Shown here piece by piece: positions 23,031-37,549 of a stretch of DNA of 64,000 nucleotides. Every line of letters begins with the position of its first letter. Positions within the stretch are counted from its first letter, which is position 1. The DNA lies in the NCBI GenBank assembly GCA_050575255.1, contig JBNZDD010013719.1, positions 3,733,473 to 3,797,472 on the forward strand, written 5' to 3'. The translations under genes and the position numbers were made by a program. The notes under the pieces are model-generated. The model was not told where the DNA came from and ran no database searches. It worked only from the letters and a program-made list of their open reading frames with translations. This DNA is from Harriotta raleighana. Its lineage: Eukaryota.

Positions 23031-24709
23031 GGTTCAGGGCTATCTTTCTTTCTATTTCGTTTGTATGTCTCTCATCCCCTCTGTTCCACCATCAGCTGTA
23101 CCGTCAGCTATTATGCCCACGCCCAGAAACTCTGAAACTCTCTGTCTCAAAGTCTCCTTCTGGCATGTTTGCTGATCAGACCTGAAGTCTTTTTGACCAT
23201 ACTAATGCTCACCTTCCTTCTCTCCTCGGTATCAAGCTCCATCACTTTGCTATGACTGTGCTCCTCAGGTGCATCACTGTGCTTAAGTGGTGATTTGGAC
23301 TGCCTCACAAAGAATTTCAATGTCTCGCAGCGAGCATTGAGACCAGCAAGTGAGAACTGAGAAAATTTGGTGAGACTGGCATGGGAGCAGGGCCAGCGGG
23401 AGAGAGGCCAACACATGGTGCATGTTCAGAATCCTATTGCCATGGTAGCAAGGTAACTTTGATTGGCAAACTTATAGATTGCATCACCTGTCAAACAGCT
23501 CACCATCCGCCAGTGCTGAATTTAGCAAATTGTTTAAAGCAGGTGTTTCGGGAATGGTTAGTAAATCCACCCACGTCATGTAGCGTATAGCTCAGGGGGA
23601 CGCTGTTGTGCACAATTGGCTGCCACATTTTGCCACAAAATAAACGGTTAATTCAGTTTACAGTATATTATGTGAAGAGCTTTCAAACATCTTGAAGACT
23701 TAATAAGGCACTATATCAAGTGCAAGGATAATTATTAGTTGCTTACCAATGAAGAGAGAATTGGGAATTTGAGGTTTTTTTACCAGTGATGAGAATGTTA
23801 AGTGGGTGCTAATGGAGAACTTGAAGGGTGATGGATGGGTTACATATCTACTTTTTGGCATATCTGCAACAAAACCACATCAATTTTAGCTAATGACAAA
23901 ATGAAAGGGTTAACAATTATTGTTACGCGGAAGATGTTGGGAATGAAGAATTCCCTGCCACAACTCATAATGAAATCAGATTCCATCAATTCTTTTAAAA
24001 TGGATTTGGATAAGATGCTTGAAGTGGCACAATATTAAAGGGTCTGGGGCGGAGCAGGCTAGTAGGTTCAGATGTGCAGAAAATACCATTATTAAATTCA
24101 TGGGCCAAATGGTCTGTTTTGATGCTGTAACATCACTTAATGGTAAATTCTGTGAAACCCTTTGAGATGTCTCAACATTGTGATGAGGTACTATTTCAAA
24201 TGCAAGGATCTCTTCTCACAGTCGTGCAGTTCTCAAGCAATGACAGATACATTGCCCAAGTAAGCCATTGTTCATATGTGATGGTGAGTATCAGTAGGCG
24301 AGTGTCAGGACATCATGATAATGAGGAACATCACATTAGGCACAATCCTGTCTTCACCCAATGTCCACTTGGCTCACTCCGGGGGCATTGCTCTTTATAG
24401 CAATCAGGAGTTGGAACCTCAGCTGATTTTTCCCTCAAAAGTGCCCAGAGTGTTGAGGCTTTGTGTAACCCCTACTGTTTACCTGCCTGAGGTCACTAAC
24501 TCAACTGAGGGATTGGTGGAGAAGTCTTACTGGCTTCATATGTTCCTTTGAGCAGCTCTTCAAAACTATATGTTAACGGGAGAGAGCATCCATCCTGAGG
24601 TGATGAAATGGGTATTGCAATCCATGGTATATTTGTATGTGTGTGGTCTAAGTGAGTATATGTATTTGGTTTGTGTGTGTGTGTGTGTATGTATTAAACA
24701 CTCTGGGAC

Positions 24710-26060
24710 TTCCACATGTATGCAGATGATACCCCACTCTATCTTTCTGCCTCTACCCTCGATTCCAGGACCACTGCTGTACTGACAGACTGCCTATCAG
24801 ACATCAAATCCTAATTGAGAGCTAATTTCCTACAGTTGAATGTCAACAGACTGAGGCTTTCCTGATTGGCTCGCGCCAGTACCTTCACACAATTGGCAGT
24901 AGCAACTTCAACCTCCATAGTTGCAATTTCCACCTCACCAAGCCAGTCAGACCTAGGTGTATTGTTCAATCCTCAACTATCTTTCCTCCCTCACATCCAA
25001 GCCATGACTCATTGCCTTCCCTCACCTCTGCAACATTGCCCAACTCCGCCAGTACCTCATCCCTCAGGCCATGGAAACCCTCATTCATGCCTTCATCACA
25101 TTCATCAACTTGTTGGCCTTCCCAATTCCTCCCTCCACAAGCTGCAGATCATCCAGAACTCTTGAGTCCTGTAGTCCTGTATTGCTCCAAGCTCCGTGAC
25201 CCCATCTCACCTGTTCTCACGCAACTTCGTTGGCTCCCCATCACCAGGAGATTTAATTCAAGATCCTGGTCTTCACCTTCAAAGCCCTCCATGGCCTTGC
25301 CTCACCCTGCGACTTCCTAACCAGAGGTGTTTTTTATGTAGGTGCAATCAGTGCAATGCATCGACGGGTCCCTCCTATTGCGGGCCGGCGGGTCCCCCCA
25401 AAGTAATGCAAAGAATCATTGAAATGGGAGGATTTGAGTGTGTTGTGCTCTTATCTATGCTACATACTGTATAGCGAATACCAGAGCTCTCCCCATTCCG
25501 GCGGAGCAGGCGGTCTGCCTAAAGAGGCATCCCACCTGCTGAAAGTTTTTTTTTTTTGAAAATTGCGCATATGTACACACTTATTAAAGTGTGCATATGC
25601 ATTTATTAAACGTGATGTCAGTGACAAGCCCCCTAGGAAAATGCACCGAGTAATGTGAAGGCTTAAACACTCCTCTGCTCCTAAGCCCCTACCAATGCAC
25701 CCGCTCACTCCACAGAATGGGCTCCAGCCTGCTCCATGCCCCCCAACCCACCCATCCCACCATCGGTGGGCAAGCCTCCAGCCATTCTGCCCCTAACCTC
25801 TGGAATTCCATCCCGCAGTTCCTCCACCTCGCCCCCTCCCTTCAAGTCCCGCCTCCAGACCCTCCTCTTTGATTGTCTCATTGGTTACCTCAAATTCCCT
25901 TCTTTCCCTCCCTGATCCCAACCTCAGTTCGGGTCTGAAGTATTGACTATCCAGCACCTTGGGACATCCTCCTGCCGTGAACATGCTACATAAATGTAAT
26001 TTTATTGTTGTTCGGACATCACCCCATGTGAAAGGCACTATATAAATTCCAATTGTATAT
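24710..26060 (+). mobile_element. L2 LINE 3' part with internal insertion (~25320-25700)
   Basis: YADDT-like start, LGVLFNPQLSF, LQIIQN, LRWLP motifs; L2 tail ATAAATGTAATTTTATTGTTG. Confidence 0.75.
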
Positions 26061-26959
26061 TATAAACAACCATAAATAATACACATGCATTTGTGTGACA
26101 TTTACACACACAAATGTTTGTGTAATTGAAATATTGCATTTATGCGTATGTATAATATGTATTTGTGTGTGTACAATTTATCCACGTGTAATAGTTGTTA
26201 ATACATGGGAGGTAATAATCTCTCAAAACAATTGTGGGAATGGCTCTCAGCATTGATTGCCGGGTTTTTTCCCACAAAATACATAGTTCATTCACTTAAC
26301 AATACATTCGGTATCAAATGCAAGGATTATTATATCTATATATGTGTATCTGCGTACATCACTGCCTATGTGTACAGAACACATACAGATATTTTTGTGT
26401 GTTGCACAGATATTCTAGACTTAGTTCAACATCCACCCTTTGATCTTGCGACCTGGCTGACGTCAGGAAGCTGCAGTGTGATTGCTTGAATGCCCTAGCA
26501 GTGCTGTGGCTGACGTGTGGCTCTGGCAGACTGAAGGTTAAAATACATGTAGCGGCCGGATCCTGCTGATGTATGCTTCCTTTCATGCCTCCAATTGTCT
26601 GTTGCCTTGTAAGAATATTGAGCTGCAGGGATGCTCTATTAAAGCTTTTAACTCTGGTCCCCATTCAGCTCTGAGCTGTGGTATTTCCCGCATTCTGCTC
26701 CTGCTAACTGCTTTTCCACTATTTCTCTGGCTTGACACAGAAGCATTGTGCTTGCAATGGCTGAGAATATCTCAGTGCCTATCAGCGAGGGTGCTCAGTA
26801 GGTTGGTATCTATTTAGACTAATTCTCTGCTGTTTTCAAAGGGCTGATTAATATTGTAACTTGAGTGATGTCTGCTGAGTAACTGGATGTAATGAATGTT
26901 TTGTCTTTGCAGCTTCTCTCTCTCGCTGTCTCTTTTTTATTCCGCCTTCTCTCCATTGA

Positions 26960-27481
<522 letters not shown>

Positions 27482-28771
27482 AGTGTCTTTCCACTTGACT
27501 GACACAAACACCGAATAATCTTAAACCAGCAAAGTGACAGAATATTCAGTACCATGAACAGACCATGGACAGCAAAACATTGGTGCTACTTCTCTCTCTG
27601 TCAGTCACCATATTGCACTTGGACTCATTCTGCACACAGGACCATGATGAGGATTGACTGGAGTGGTTCCCCTCAGGTAATTTGAGATCTGGAGATTGTA
27701 CACTGATACACGTGTGTGTGAGTTTAAAAAGGAAATGAACCCAAGTATTACAGAGCCATTGAAGCCAAGTATTAGTAGAAGATTTATGTGCTGGGATGGG
27801 GAGCATGGTATTTCAGGCTTGTTTTATTGTGAATCTTTTTACAAACTGTTTCCCTCTACCCTCCCCACCCCAGCCCCCACCCCACCCCCCACCCCACCCC
27901 CGATCTTGTGTCACCATTACTGGGTAACAGATTATGCTGTGGTGCCTGGCCTCGATTGTGGAGTCCAGTGACATTCTCAACACGTGGTGCAGAACATCTA
28001 GGAAGATTCCATGACCAAGGATGTTTCCCGCCATTCCGGTTCCCTGGGCTTCCAGCCTCCTAAACTGTTTGAACTTGGATTGTTGAGGTGTACTGACCAG
28101 CACCACAGTCAGAGGACAAGTACAGCTACAATCTATTCCCCAAACAGTCATGCTGGGAAATCAAGTGGCAAAGCCCTAAAGCACACAGAGGCAGCTGATA
28201 TTGGGGCAACCTCTCACTTTCTTTTCTACATTGGCTGAAGTAGTATAACTGTCTATCCCTTTTCTAGGGACACATCATGCTTCCTCCTATACACAATCGC
28301 CCCATGTATTGTATTACTATCACTCTTACTGCCATCCAGTGCGTGGCAATGTGTGTGGTCAACTGCACAAGCACACTATATGTGTGTGTGTGCAAAAGGT
28401 GCTCTTTCTTCCTTCCTGCGAACAATCTTATAGCTCATTTGAAGTCAGTCTTGCAGCAGGGTTCAAGCATCAGTTCATAGACCAGGTTGATATTGTGTTG
28501 GAGGTGATGTCCTCCATGGTTTTTCAGACGGACGTTAAAATTCAAATATCACTATTCAAAATGAAAAGGGAGATTTTCCTAGTGTTCTGCCCATCCCTAC
28601 AGATTAATAAGTCATTCACATCATGGCTGTTTGTAGGAACTTTCTGTGCACAAAATGGCTGCTGTCTTACATATAAGGAACTATGAGATGTTTTAACATT
28701 ACAACAACAACAAAAATTACACTTGTATAGCGCCTTTCACGTCAAGAAGGACATTCCAAGGCACTGGAGAA

Positions 28772-29070
28772 AAATAAATATAGCACTTTTCACGTCTTCT
28801 AGATGTCTCAAAGCGCTTTATAGAATATATTGTAAAGTGAATTGACTGACTGTACATTTGTGGACGAAGTGCAGCAGCCAATTGCACACAGTGTCCCACA
28901 AACATTCGTGTATTGAAATTACCAATTTAAAAAATATATTTTTTTGAGGGATTATTTTTAGGCATGTGGAGTAAGGAAATTTGCCTAAGGTTTCACCCTG
29001 CCCTGCCTAGATTCGAACACAGATATTACGCTTGTAAGGCAAGTGCTCTAACCACTGAGCTGCAGGACTA
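28772..29070 (-). mobile_element. tRNA-derived SINE
   Basis: Reverse complement of GTCCTGCAGCTCAGTGGTTAGAGCAC...TTCGAATC head plus family tail. Confidence 0.85.
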
Positions 29071-29573
29071 TTATTGGTGATTTAAAATTTTAAGTTGTTT
29101 TAGTTATTTGATCAGAGTATGATTGACTTGGGACACAATGGATCAGTGACTACCTCTGCTGGGCTAACTCTGCTGAGATCTTAGATAAAACCAAGGGCCT
29201 TAGTCTCTCTGAGTGTGATGACACTCTTTCTAAAACATTCTGAATTTTATTGGTGTCTGGTTTCAGAAGTCAAGTTTAATAAAAAGAAGGCACATGTACC
29301 ACAATTGAGGACATGGATGTGATAAAACTGGACAAGAAAATTTTGCCAAATCAGCTGAGAATTCACATTGATTTCCCCATAATACAAAACACAAATGACT
29401 GGATAAGATGAGAGACTTGAAAAGAGAGGCCATAATAGAGGTATTTAAGTAGCTAAATGGGTGATAGAAAGTTCACCCAGAAATATTTTCAGATATGGGA
29501 TCAGCAGAATAAGGACACGGGTTCAGGATTGCAACAGATAATTTAAGGGTAGACACCAGGAAGTATTTCTTCA

Positions 29574-30335
29574 TAATCTTGCATTTAATAATAGCGTGTT
29601 ACCACATCTTTGGGACATCTCAAAACACTTCAAAGAATATACTGTAAAATGAATTGACTGTAAATTTTGTGGCTGAAACGCAGCAGCCAGGTGCACACAG
29701 CAGTGTCCCACAAACAATCTGTGGATTGAGTGACCAAATTATATTTTTTTTTTGAGGGTCTATTACCCCCAGAAAAGCGATCCACTAATTGACTAACAAT
29801 ACAAGTACCTACTTACTGCAAGCTAAGCAGAGGCCTGTGGAGTAAGGAAACTTGGCTCACGTTTCACATCCACCTCCCCACTGCTTGCTCAAGTCCCTTT
29901 AGTCCCATGTTCTGCTCTGCCCACAACACAGAGAGCATGTCAAAGTTACCAACAACTCTGACAACCTGCTCTTTCTCTTTGCCACCAGAGGGTAATTGTG
30001 GAGTCCCTTAGTGTATTGGTTAGAGTACTCGCTTCTCAAATGAGTGGATCCAGGTTTGATTCGTGGGCAGAGTGAAACCTTATGCAAGTTTCCTTACTCC
30101 ACACGCCTTTATTTACCTAGTACAGGAGTAGGAGGGAATCTGGCTGTTAGACAATTGGTGGATTGCTTTCCGAGGATAATAATCCCTCCAAAATAATAAT
30201 AATGTCACTCAATCCTGACTGTTTGTGCTGTGCACAATTGGCTGCCATGTTTTGCTCACAAAACACACTTAACTTTACAGTATATTCTGTGAACTACGTG
30301 TTAAGGCGCTATATAAAAATACAAGGATTATTATT
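29574..30335. mobile_element. Two SINE copies in inverted (head-to-head) orientation
   Basis: Minus copy ~29574-29870 and plus copy ~30000-30335, both of the longer variant. Confidence 0.75.
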
Positions 30336-31509
30336 TGTTTTAACATGTTGTCAAGAAAGGGTAGTTGAGGCCAGCTGGATACTGTGATAGGATGGCCATT
30401 TGGAGTAATAAAGCACACCAAGGTACTACCCCGTGTGAAAGTATTATGTAAGTTTTTTTGATTGTTGAGTTACTGGAGGGCAATAGGTTTATGTGCGGGG
30501 GGAGGGTGGGTGGGAACTATGCATCAATGTGAGTCAGGGTATGCAGAGTGGTAGATTAAAGAATGAGGCTACGTAAAGAAAAATTGAAGACCTCCTCTGC
30601 ATTAAAATGATTTCAGAGTTTTTTTTAGCGAAAGTATTTTCTGAATGGTAAAGGCTATATCTGTAATGTGACTGGTGTCTTTTGACAGTTTTACATTGCT
30701 TCTTCCTCTCTGGTTTTCTTGCCTCACCATCTCCTGAATGTATAAATGATCACTGGGTGTGACTTCACCGATATCTGAGCTGTGTGACAGCAAATCCCAG
30801 TAACTCCTTATTGTCCCTGATAGTTCATTTATCGTATAACCTGTTCCAACTGTTAATTATCCTCTATGGAAAATATTTTCTATCATCAAGTCTGAGATAT
30901 ACATGCCCAACCTTAAACCTGTGCCCAGTTGTCTTGGTCTTAGTGTGTCTGAAAGTATGGTTCAAGGGTTACTTTCTATTATCTCAGCATCTTATCCTAG
31001 CATCTTATAGGGTCATTTCTGTGGCTGAAGGAGCCATAGTTTATGCAGTCGTTCAGCACAGATTATTTCTTTTGTACAGGCCCTTTTTTGCACTGTTTCT
31101 AGGACCTAAGCCACCTGAATGTCACGGTATAGCCACAAAGATACTCCCAAGAGCCGCCTGGCCAGATCACAAAACTGAGCATGCACTCTGGGGATATGAA
31201 CTCAACTAATATGACAATGTTGCTGAGCAACCTGTTTTGTTTATTGCTGCCTCACAGTCCAGCAGTGGCCTAGTGTACACACAGACCTAGTGTACACACA
31301 GACCTAACACACTGGTTCTCTGGCTGGCTGTACCAATGGATTGGGCAGGGAAGGGAGATTCAGTCTGGCAAGTCAGAAATTCCTGCTAAGAGTGCTTGTT
31401 AATTCTACCTCAAAATTATACGAATCAGATTATATTAATTATAATTCTTGCATTTGATATAACGCCTTATCACATTGTTGAGACATCTCAAACTGCTTCA
31501 CAGAATATA

Positions 31510-32095
31510 TTGAGAACATAAGAATTAGGAGCAGGAGTAGGCCATTTGGCCCTTCAAGCCTGCCCTGTATTTCAGTAAGATCATGGCTGATCTCCTGACC
31601 TAACTCTAATTACCTGCCCTATCCCCATATCCATTGATCCCTCTATTTTAAGAAAATCTATCAGTCTCAGGCCTTGAAAATGTTCAAGGACTGAGCATCT
31701 ACAGCCTTCTGGGACAGTGAATTCCATAAATTCACTACCCTCTGAGTGAAGAAATGTTTCCTCAACTCTGTTCTAAAAAGCTGATCCTTAATTTTAAGAC
31801 TGTGACCCCTGGTTATAGATTCTCCTAACAGGGGAAACAGTTCCTCAGTATCTACTTTATCCAGCCCTTTAAGAATCTTATCTGTTCCAATAATATACTC
31901 CTAATTCTTTTGTACTCTAGAGAATACAACTCTACTTTATTCAACCTATCCTCATAGGTCAGTCCCCTCATCCCAGGAACTAACCTAGTGAATCTACACT
32001 GCACTAAGGCAAGTATGTCCTTTTTTAAATAAGGAGACCAAAACTGCACACAATACTCCAGGTGCGGTCTCACCAAAGCCCCATATGGTTGCAGT
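31510..32095 (-). mobile_element. CR1 LINE 3' fragment inserted in a SINE
   Basis: LVRPHLEYCVQFWSPYLKKDI; CR1 3' end; SINE pieces on both sides. Confidence 0.85.
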
Positions 32096-35000
32096 CTCAC
32101 CAAAACCCTGTACAAGTTGCAGTTATTCTTGTGTATTTTGTGGGCAAATGCAGAATTGACTGTACATTTGTGGGGCGAAACACAGCAGCCAATTGCACCC
32201 AGCAACATTCCACAAACAGTTTGAGTGACCAAATTATTACTATTTTTTCTTGAAGGATTATTATCCCCGGAAAAGTGATGCACGAATCAATTTACAACCG
32301 GGTTCCTACTTATTGCTAGACAAATATAGGCGTGTGGAGTAAGGAAACTTGCCCTTCATTTCACCCTGCAAGGTCTCTCGCTTGCGAGGCGATTTCTCTA
32401 ACTGTAATGAGCTTTCAATTAACCTCCCGAACCCCAACTCTCCCTCCCCAATCCCTTTCCCCAGTTCAGGTCCGGAATATTGTCTGACCAGCGCCTTGGG
32501 ACGTCCTCCTGAAGTGAAAGACACGATACAAATGTACTTTTGTTGTGGTGGTGGCTACAGGACTCCAATAAACTGCTTCTGCTCCAGGATCCAAACAGAG
32601 GCAAAGTCCATATCTTTGGCAACTGAAGGCCAGCAAGTATAGTGAGGTGGGGACGTGCGATAGGAGAGTGGGGGTCTACATGCAGGCCAATGATTGCTTT
32701 TTTTCATTGCTTTCAAATGTTGCTAGTTACGAATGCCGGATACTTGGAGTAAGCTGGGAGTTTCCTGTACTTACCCAACAAGCTGTATCCAATCTCTTCA
32801 GAAAATTAAGGACCCTTAATTTTAACAGAAGAAATCTCAAGCCCCAAGACTAGATAACTTAAGATCCACATGTGTGGAGGGTGTCAAGGATACGCTCCCT
32901 TCCACCCACGTCTAGATATATTCTATTAATATAGTATTTTAGAATTCGAGAATTTAGCAACTTGCTGAATTAAGTCTTAACTATGCGTTTTTCTATAAAA
33001 CCTTAAAAGATCTTACAGAAGAATTCTGTCTTTGAGAATTTAACAAATGCTGTTAAATAATAATGATAAGGCTGACAGAGAGAGGCAGAGAGACTTTGGC
33101 TGTTGGTAACATTGTGTAATTTCCACTAAGAAGGGATGGAGGAGACTTGAGGAACAGACGGAGTTCATTATTCCCCAAGAAAATTGAATACATTTCCTAT
33201 TTCATGTGTTTAAAAGTAAATTTCCTATCCGCCAATAACATTTTCTGCTTGTTTGCCCAGTGACCTGTGGCTTTTCTTGTTAGTTTCCTCCCTTCCTCCT
33301 CTGTGGGCTCTGCCAAAGCACTGGCTCTTCTCTGCTGATTCTCACGGTTGGCCGTCTTCATCAATTGATCAGCTGTTGAAGAGCACAGATGAGACTGTCC
33401 TCACATGCAAGGAACTTTTGCTGATTTTATTTTGCCTCTATCAAGCCCAAGGGTACTGAGCTATATTTTAATACCTACATTGCACTATTTTATACCATGT
33501 ACCATGTACCATACCATTTTAATATCATTCATACATCTAATAGCACAGATCAGGATACAAACCTTCTGTGCTCTCACGAATGACGGGTTTAGCCAGATAG
33601 TTAGCCAAGGTCCCACTGCTCCACATCATGTCTGGTCACCTCTCATTGAGTTTATGTGGGCAATAGCTGAATACTGGATCAGATTCATTTAGGACTACCC
33701 AATGCTGCACAGGCTCCTGAAAAATAGCCACTTTGGAACTCGGTGAGGTCCATGATAGTGTCCCAGCATGAGATGTTGCGTTCAGAAGAAGGGACAGACA
33801 TACTAGTGAGGTAGCAGTCCAGCCCCACATCACACACCAACACTCCTGCCAGAAAAGTTGCTCTTTGGAGCACACAGACTGAAAGGTATCCATGTGCAGA
33901 AGCTCTTATGGTGCTAACAAATACCAAAATCGCTGGGAACACTCATTGGATTTGACCTGAATGCATTCTATATTGCTGTCTAAACCCCGAGAAAACCTTC
34001 TGTTTGTACTTTTTAAAAACAATCTTTTATTTGTTTTGGGAATAGATGAAGAGGATGGTGGTTTTGCATTTCTAGAATTCTGTAAACTTCACCTGAAGAG
34101 AAACTTATTGCATTTTAAGGGCAAGGTTATTAATGGGAACACAGTTATACTTGCATAATTCTGATCTGTATAAATCTATAATCGCCTAAGTTGTACATCT
34201 GCCCATGTCCCATTGAATTTTCTATTATTTATCTTTCACAAAACCTATACTTCACATAAGTCATATTCAATGCATGGTCCCAACTGATATGAATCATGTG
34301 AGGTTTACTGTAGTAATCTCTGGAGCAGATCTCTCAGTGTTCCAGCTCTCTTTCCTCCCAATGATTTTGTCATGGTGCATACTGGTTTTTTTTTGCATCT
34401 CTTGGTGTATGTCTGCCAGCATCTGTTGGGGAAGGGAGAGAAGAGAGAGGGAGAGAAAGACTTGGCCCAAGGCCATGGTATCCTAGCTTCTTTTAGAGTA
34501 CTTTAAAAAATATTTTTTTCTCTCCTTATTCATATTGACTACATCTGGGGGAGGGGTGAGGGGGGAGTTGTGTATGAGGGAAAATGAAAGATTCTGTTCA
34601 TTTTCATTGGTGAATATTCTCAACTTGAATTTTTTAGAAATAATTACTTTTGCAGAGTTGAATGAATAAATAAAAATGCAATGCTGTCTTGTGTTAAGTA
34701 CTTTTGCTGCTGAGTATCTGCAGGACATTATCTGGCAGTACAATATAAATTTACATTTACTGTATATAATGCCTTTCATGTCAAGGAGACATCCCAAGAC
34801 ACATAATAGTACTTGCTGGGCACCCAAGTTGGGGGTGGGAGCTGGGAGGGGAACGATAACCGAAAGCACAGTTAAAGAGGTAGGTCATGAGATGAGCAGT
34901 GAATAAGATGAGGGTGGGAAGGAGTTGGAGTCACTTTGATAGAGTTCAATTAGTGAATAGTTGTTGCTGGTGTGGGGCCAGAATATAGTGTTAATAACAT

Positions 35001-35351
35001 GATTTGTCTAGATGTTAATAGCATCAAAGAAGTGCTTTGATAAAGTACTGTATCAAACGCAAGCATTATTATTAATATACCCTTCCTTTCAGCTCAGCTC
35101 AATGGAGAACTGAACCATCCGGAATGAGGTTTCAGATTGATTCCCTGGAGCTTGCTGGGTCAGTTCATCAACACTGCAGGGTTTAGAGAAGCAGCAGTTC
35201 AGTGCCTGGACTGTGAGGTGGGTAGAGAATAGGGTTTTGTTTCTCATTGGTGTCCAGTGCTATCTGTTGGAATTTGTATACGTGCAACTGTGGGGCGAGG
35301 ATAGGATTGGGTTTAGCTCTAAGGCTTTTCCCCTTCCACATTCTGCTGGTA

Positions 35352-35795
35352 ATAATACTTGTATTTGTTTATAGCTTCTTATCACATCTTCAAGATCTCA
35401 AAGTGTTTCACAGAATATTACTGTAAAATGAATTGACTGTATATTTTGTGGGTGAAACGTGGCAGCCAATTGCACACAACAATAAAATTACATTTGTAAA
35501 GCTCCTTAATCATATTGGGTGGATGTCCCCAGGTGCTGAACAGTCAGGAATCAGTCAGGCACACAGCTGTGTACCACAAACAATCATGGATTGAGAGACC
35601 AAATTTTTTTTGAGGGATTATTACCCTTGGAGAAGTGACCACCAATCGACTACCCACTGCATTCCTACTTACTGCTAGGTAAACAGATGTGGGGAGTAAG
35701 GAAACTTGCCAATTGTTTCACCCTGCCGGGAATCGAACCCAGGTCCTCTTGCTTATGAGGCAAATGCTCTAATCACCAAGTTACAGGAGGACTCC
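35352..35795 (-). mobile_element. tRNA-derived SINE (longer variant)
   Basis: Family head and tail motifs. Confidence 0.75.
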
Positions 35796-37233
35796 ACAAA
35801 GAAGGGAGATTTCAGTGATATTAGACCAAGAAGGCATCTTTTTAAGTAGGGGAGGAATTGGGAGTAATGAGAAAGCTGAAAGATAAAACACATGTAATAC
35901 ACAAAATAATTACACAGAACAGGTCCAAATATGGAGGGAGCTTCACACACATTCATTCCCTTCAGGGCTGAACCAGCCTGGCTCGGGTCACAACGCCATT
36001 TCATTTATTGAGGGATCAACCAATTGTATCAAACTGGGTCTGACAACTGGGGCTCTCTTCTCAGCTGTGAGAGGAATTTATTCATCAGTTTGATCGCCAT
36101 CCCACTAGGTTTACTTGCTGCAGCTCCCCCTCTGCTGGGTTTGAGTATTCTATAAGTGAATCTTGAATCAACCACACAGTAAACTGTCTGGCCCATCCAA
36201 TGCACTGCATTTTTTTAAGAGAAGATTGTCATTAAATGTACTGTGAGAAGCAGAGTGGGACTGATTACAGCATTAGTTACAATACATACTAAGAACAAAA
36301 CATGTGATGCTATATGATTATGGTAATCAGTCAATCAGGGTGGGGGGATGAGCTGAATTGGCTCTAAAATAACATACTTGGCAGCAGAACGTTGCAATTG
36401 ATAAAATTTTCTGGCCTGGCTCCCAAGCCAAGTGGCTTCATAGTATTCAGGGCACAACTGACAGACCAACCAACCTAACTCATTGGCAGCACTTGGGAGG
36501 ACCAGACCCATCACTTGGGGTTAATTCTAGCAATACCCCCAATGCACACTGGGATCCCTAAACCTTGATTCTTGCCTAATAATCTCAGAGATTTGGAGTT
36601 TATCCCTGGGGTGCATCCCTTCTAGGAGACTATGAAAATTTCCACGTACTGTATCGGTGGCATGTGTGGACCTCTCAATCTGGTTTGTGTACTCTTAATC
36701 ATGGTGATAGGTTTTCAGAAGGTGTCAGAAAACCTGACCTTCGGAAAACATGAAAACCAGTTGTCACCTGTTTCAGAATGTGATAGGTTTTCAGACATCT
36801 AGCTGACTAAAAAAAAGTCACTCAATTGATATTAATAACTAGGTGTTTCGCCCACAAATATAGAGTCAATTCTCCTACTCTCCTTCCCCCTACCCCAATC
36901 CCTCCCCACCTGCTCTGATTCCTACCTGACTGTTCAGTGCCTTGGGATGTCCTCCCGACATGTAATTCTTTATTGTTGTTTGTGATCAACAACAACAACG
37001 TGGATTTATATACAGTAGTGCCCTTTATGTAGGATCAATATATTGGGTGCAAGTGGCGGAGTTGGATGACAAATAAGGAAAGAGGCATAATGCATGGGCA
37101 AAGACATAGGTTTTCAGATCATTACTACTAACACTAACCTAACCTGGCATTAATACCTATTTTAGAGGAATATAGGAAAACAGGGAGAGGCCATTCAAAT
37201 AGATCAATGAACCTGCACCATTAGTTTATTAGT

Positions 37234-37500
37234 GAAGTCCTGTAGCTCAGTGGTTAGAGCACTTGCCTTACGAGCGAGAGCCCTGGGTTCGATTCCAGGC
37301 AAGGTAAAACCTTGGGCACGTGTCCTTACTCAACATGCCGGATGATAATCCCTCAAAAAAAACCTTTCTAAGGTAAATAATCCCAGCGTACTCACAGCGT
37401 ACAATACATTACAAGTACACCGTCACTCCAGTTTACGTTGTGAAGCATCTTGAGATGTCTCAGTGACGTGAGGAGACACTATATCAAATACAACCAACAA
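37234..37500 (+). mobile_element. tRNA-derived SINE
   Basis: A-box TAGCTCAGTGG and B-box GGTTCGATTCC head. Confidence 0.85.
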
Positions 37501-37549
37501 CAATAAATATTGTTATTATGAGTCTCTTCCATGCTCTGATGTAGAATAT

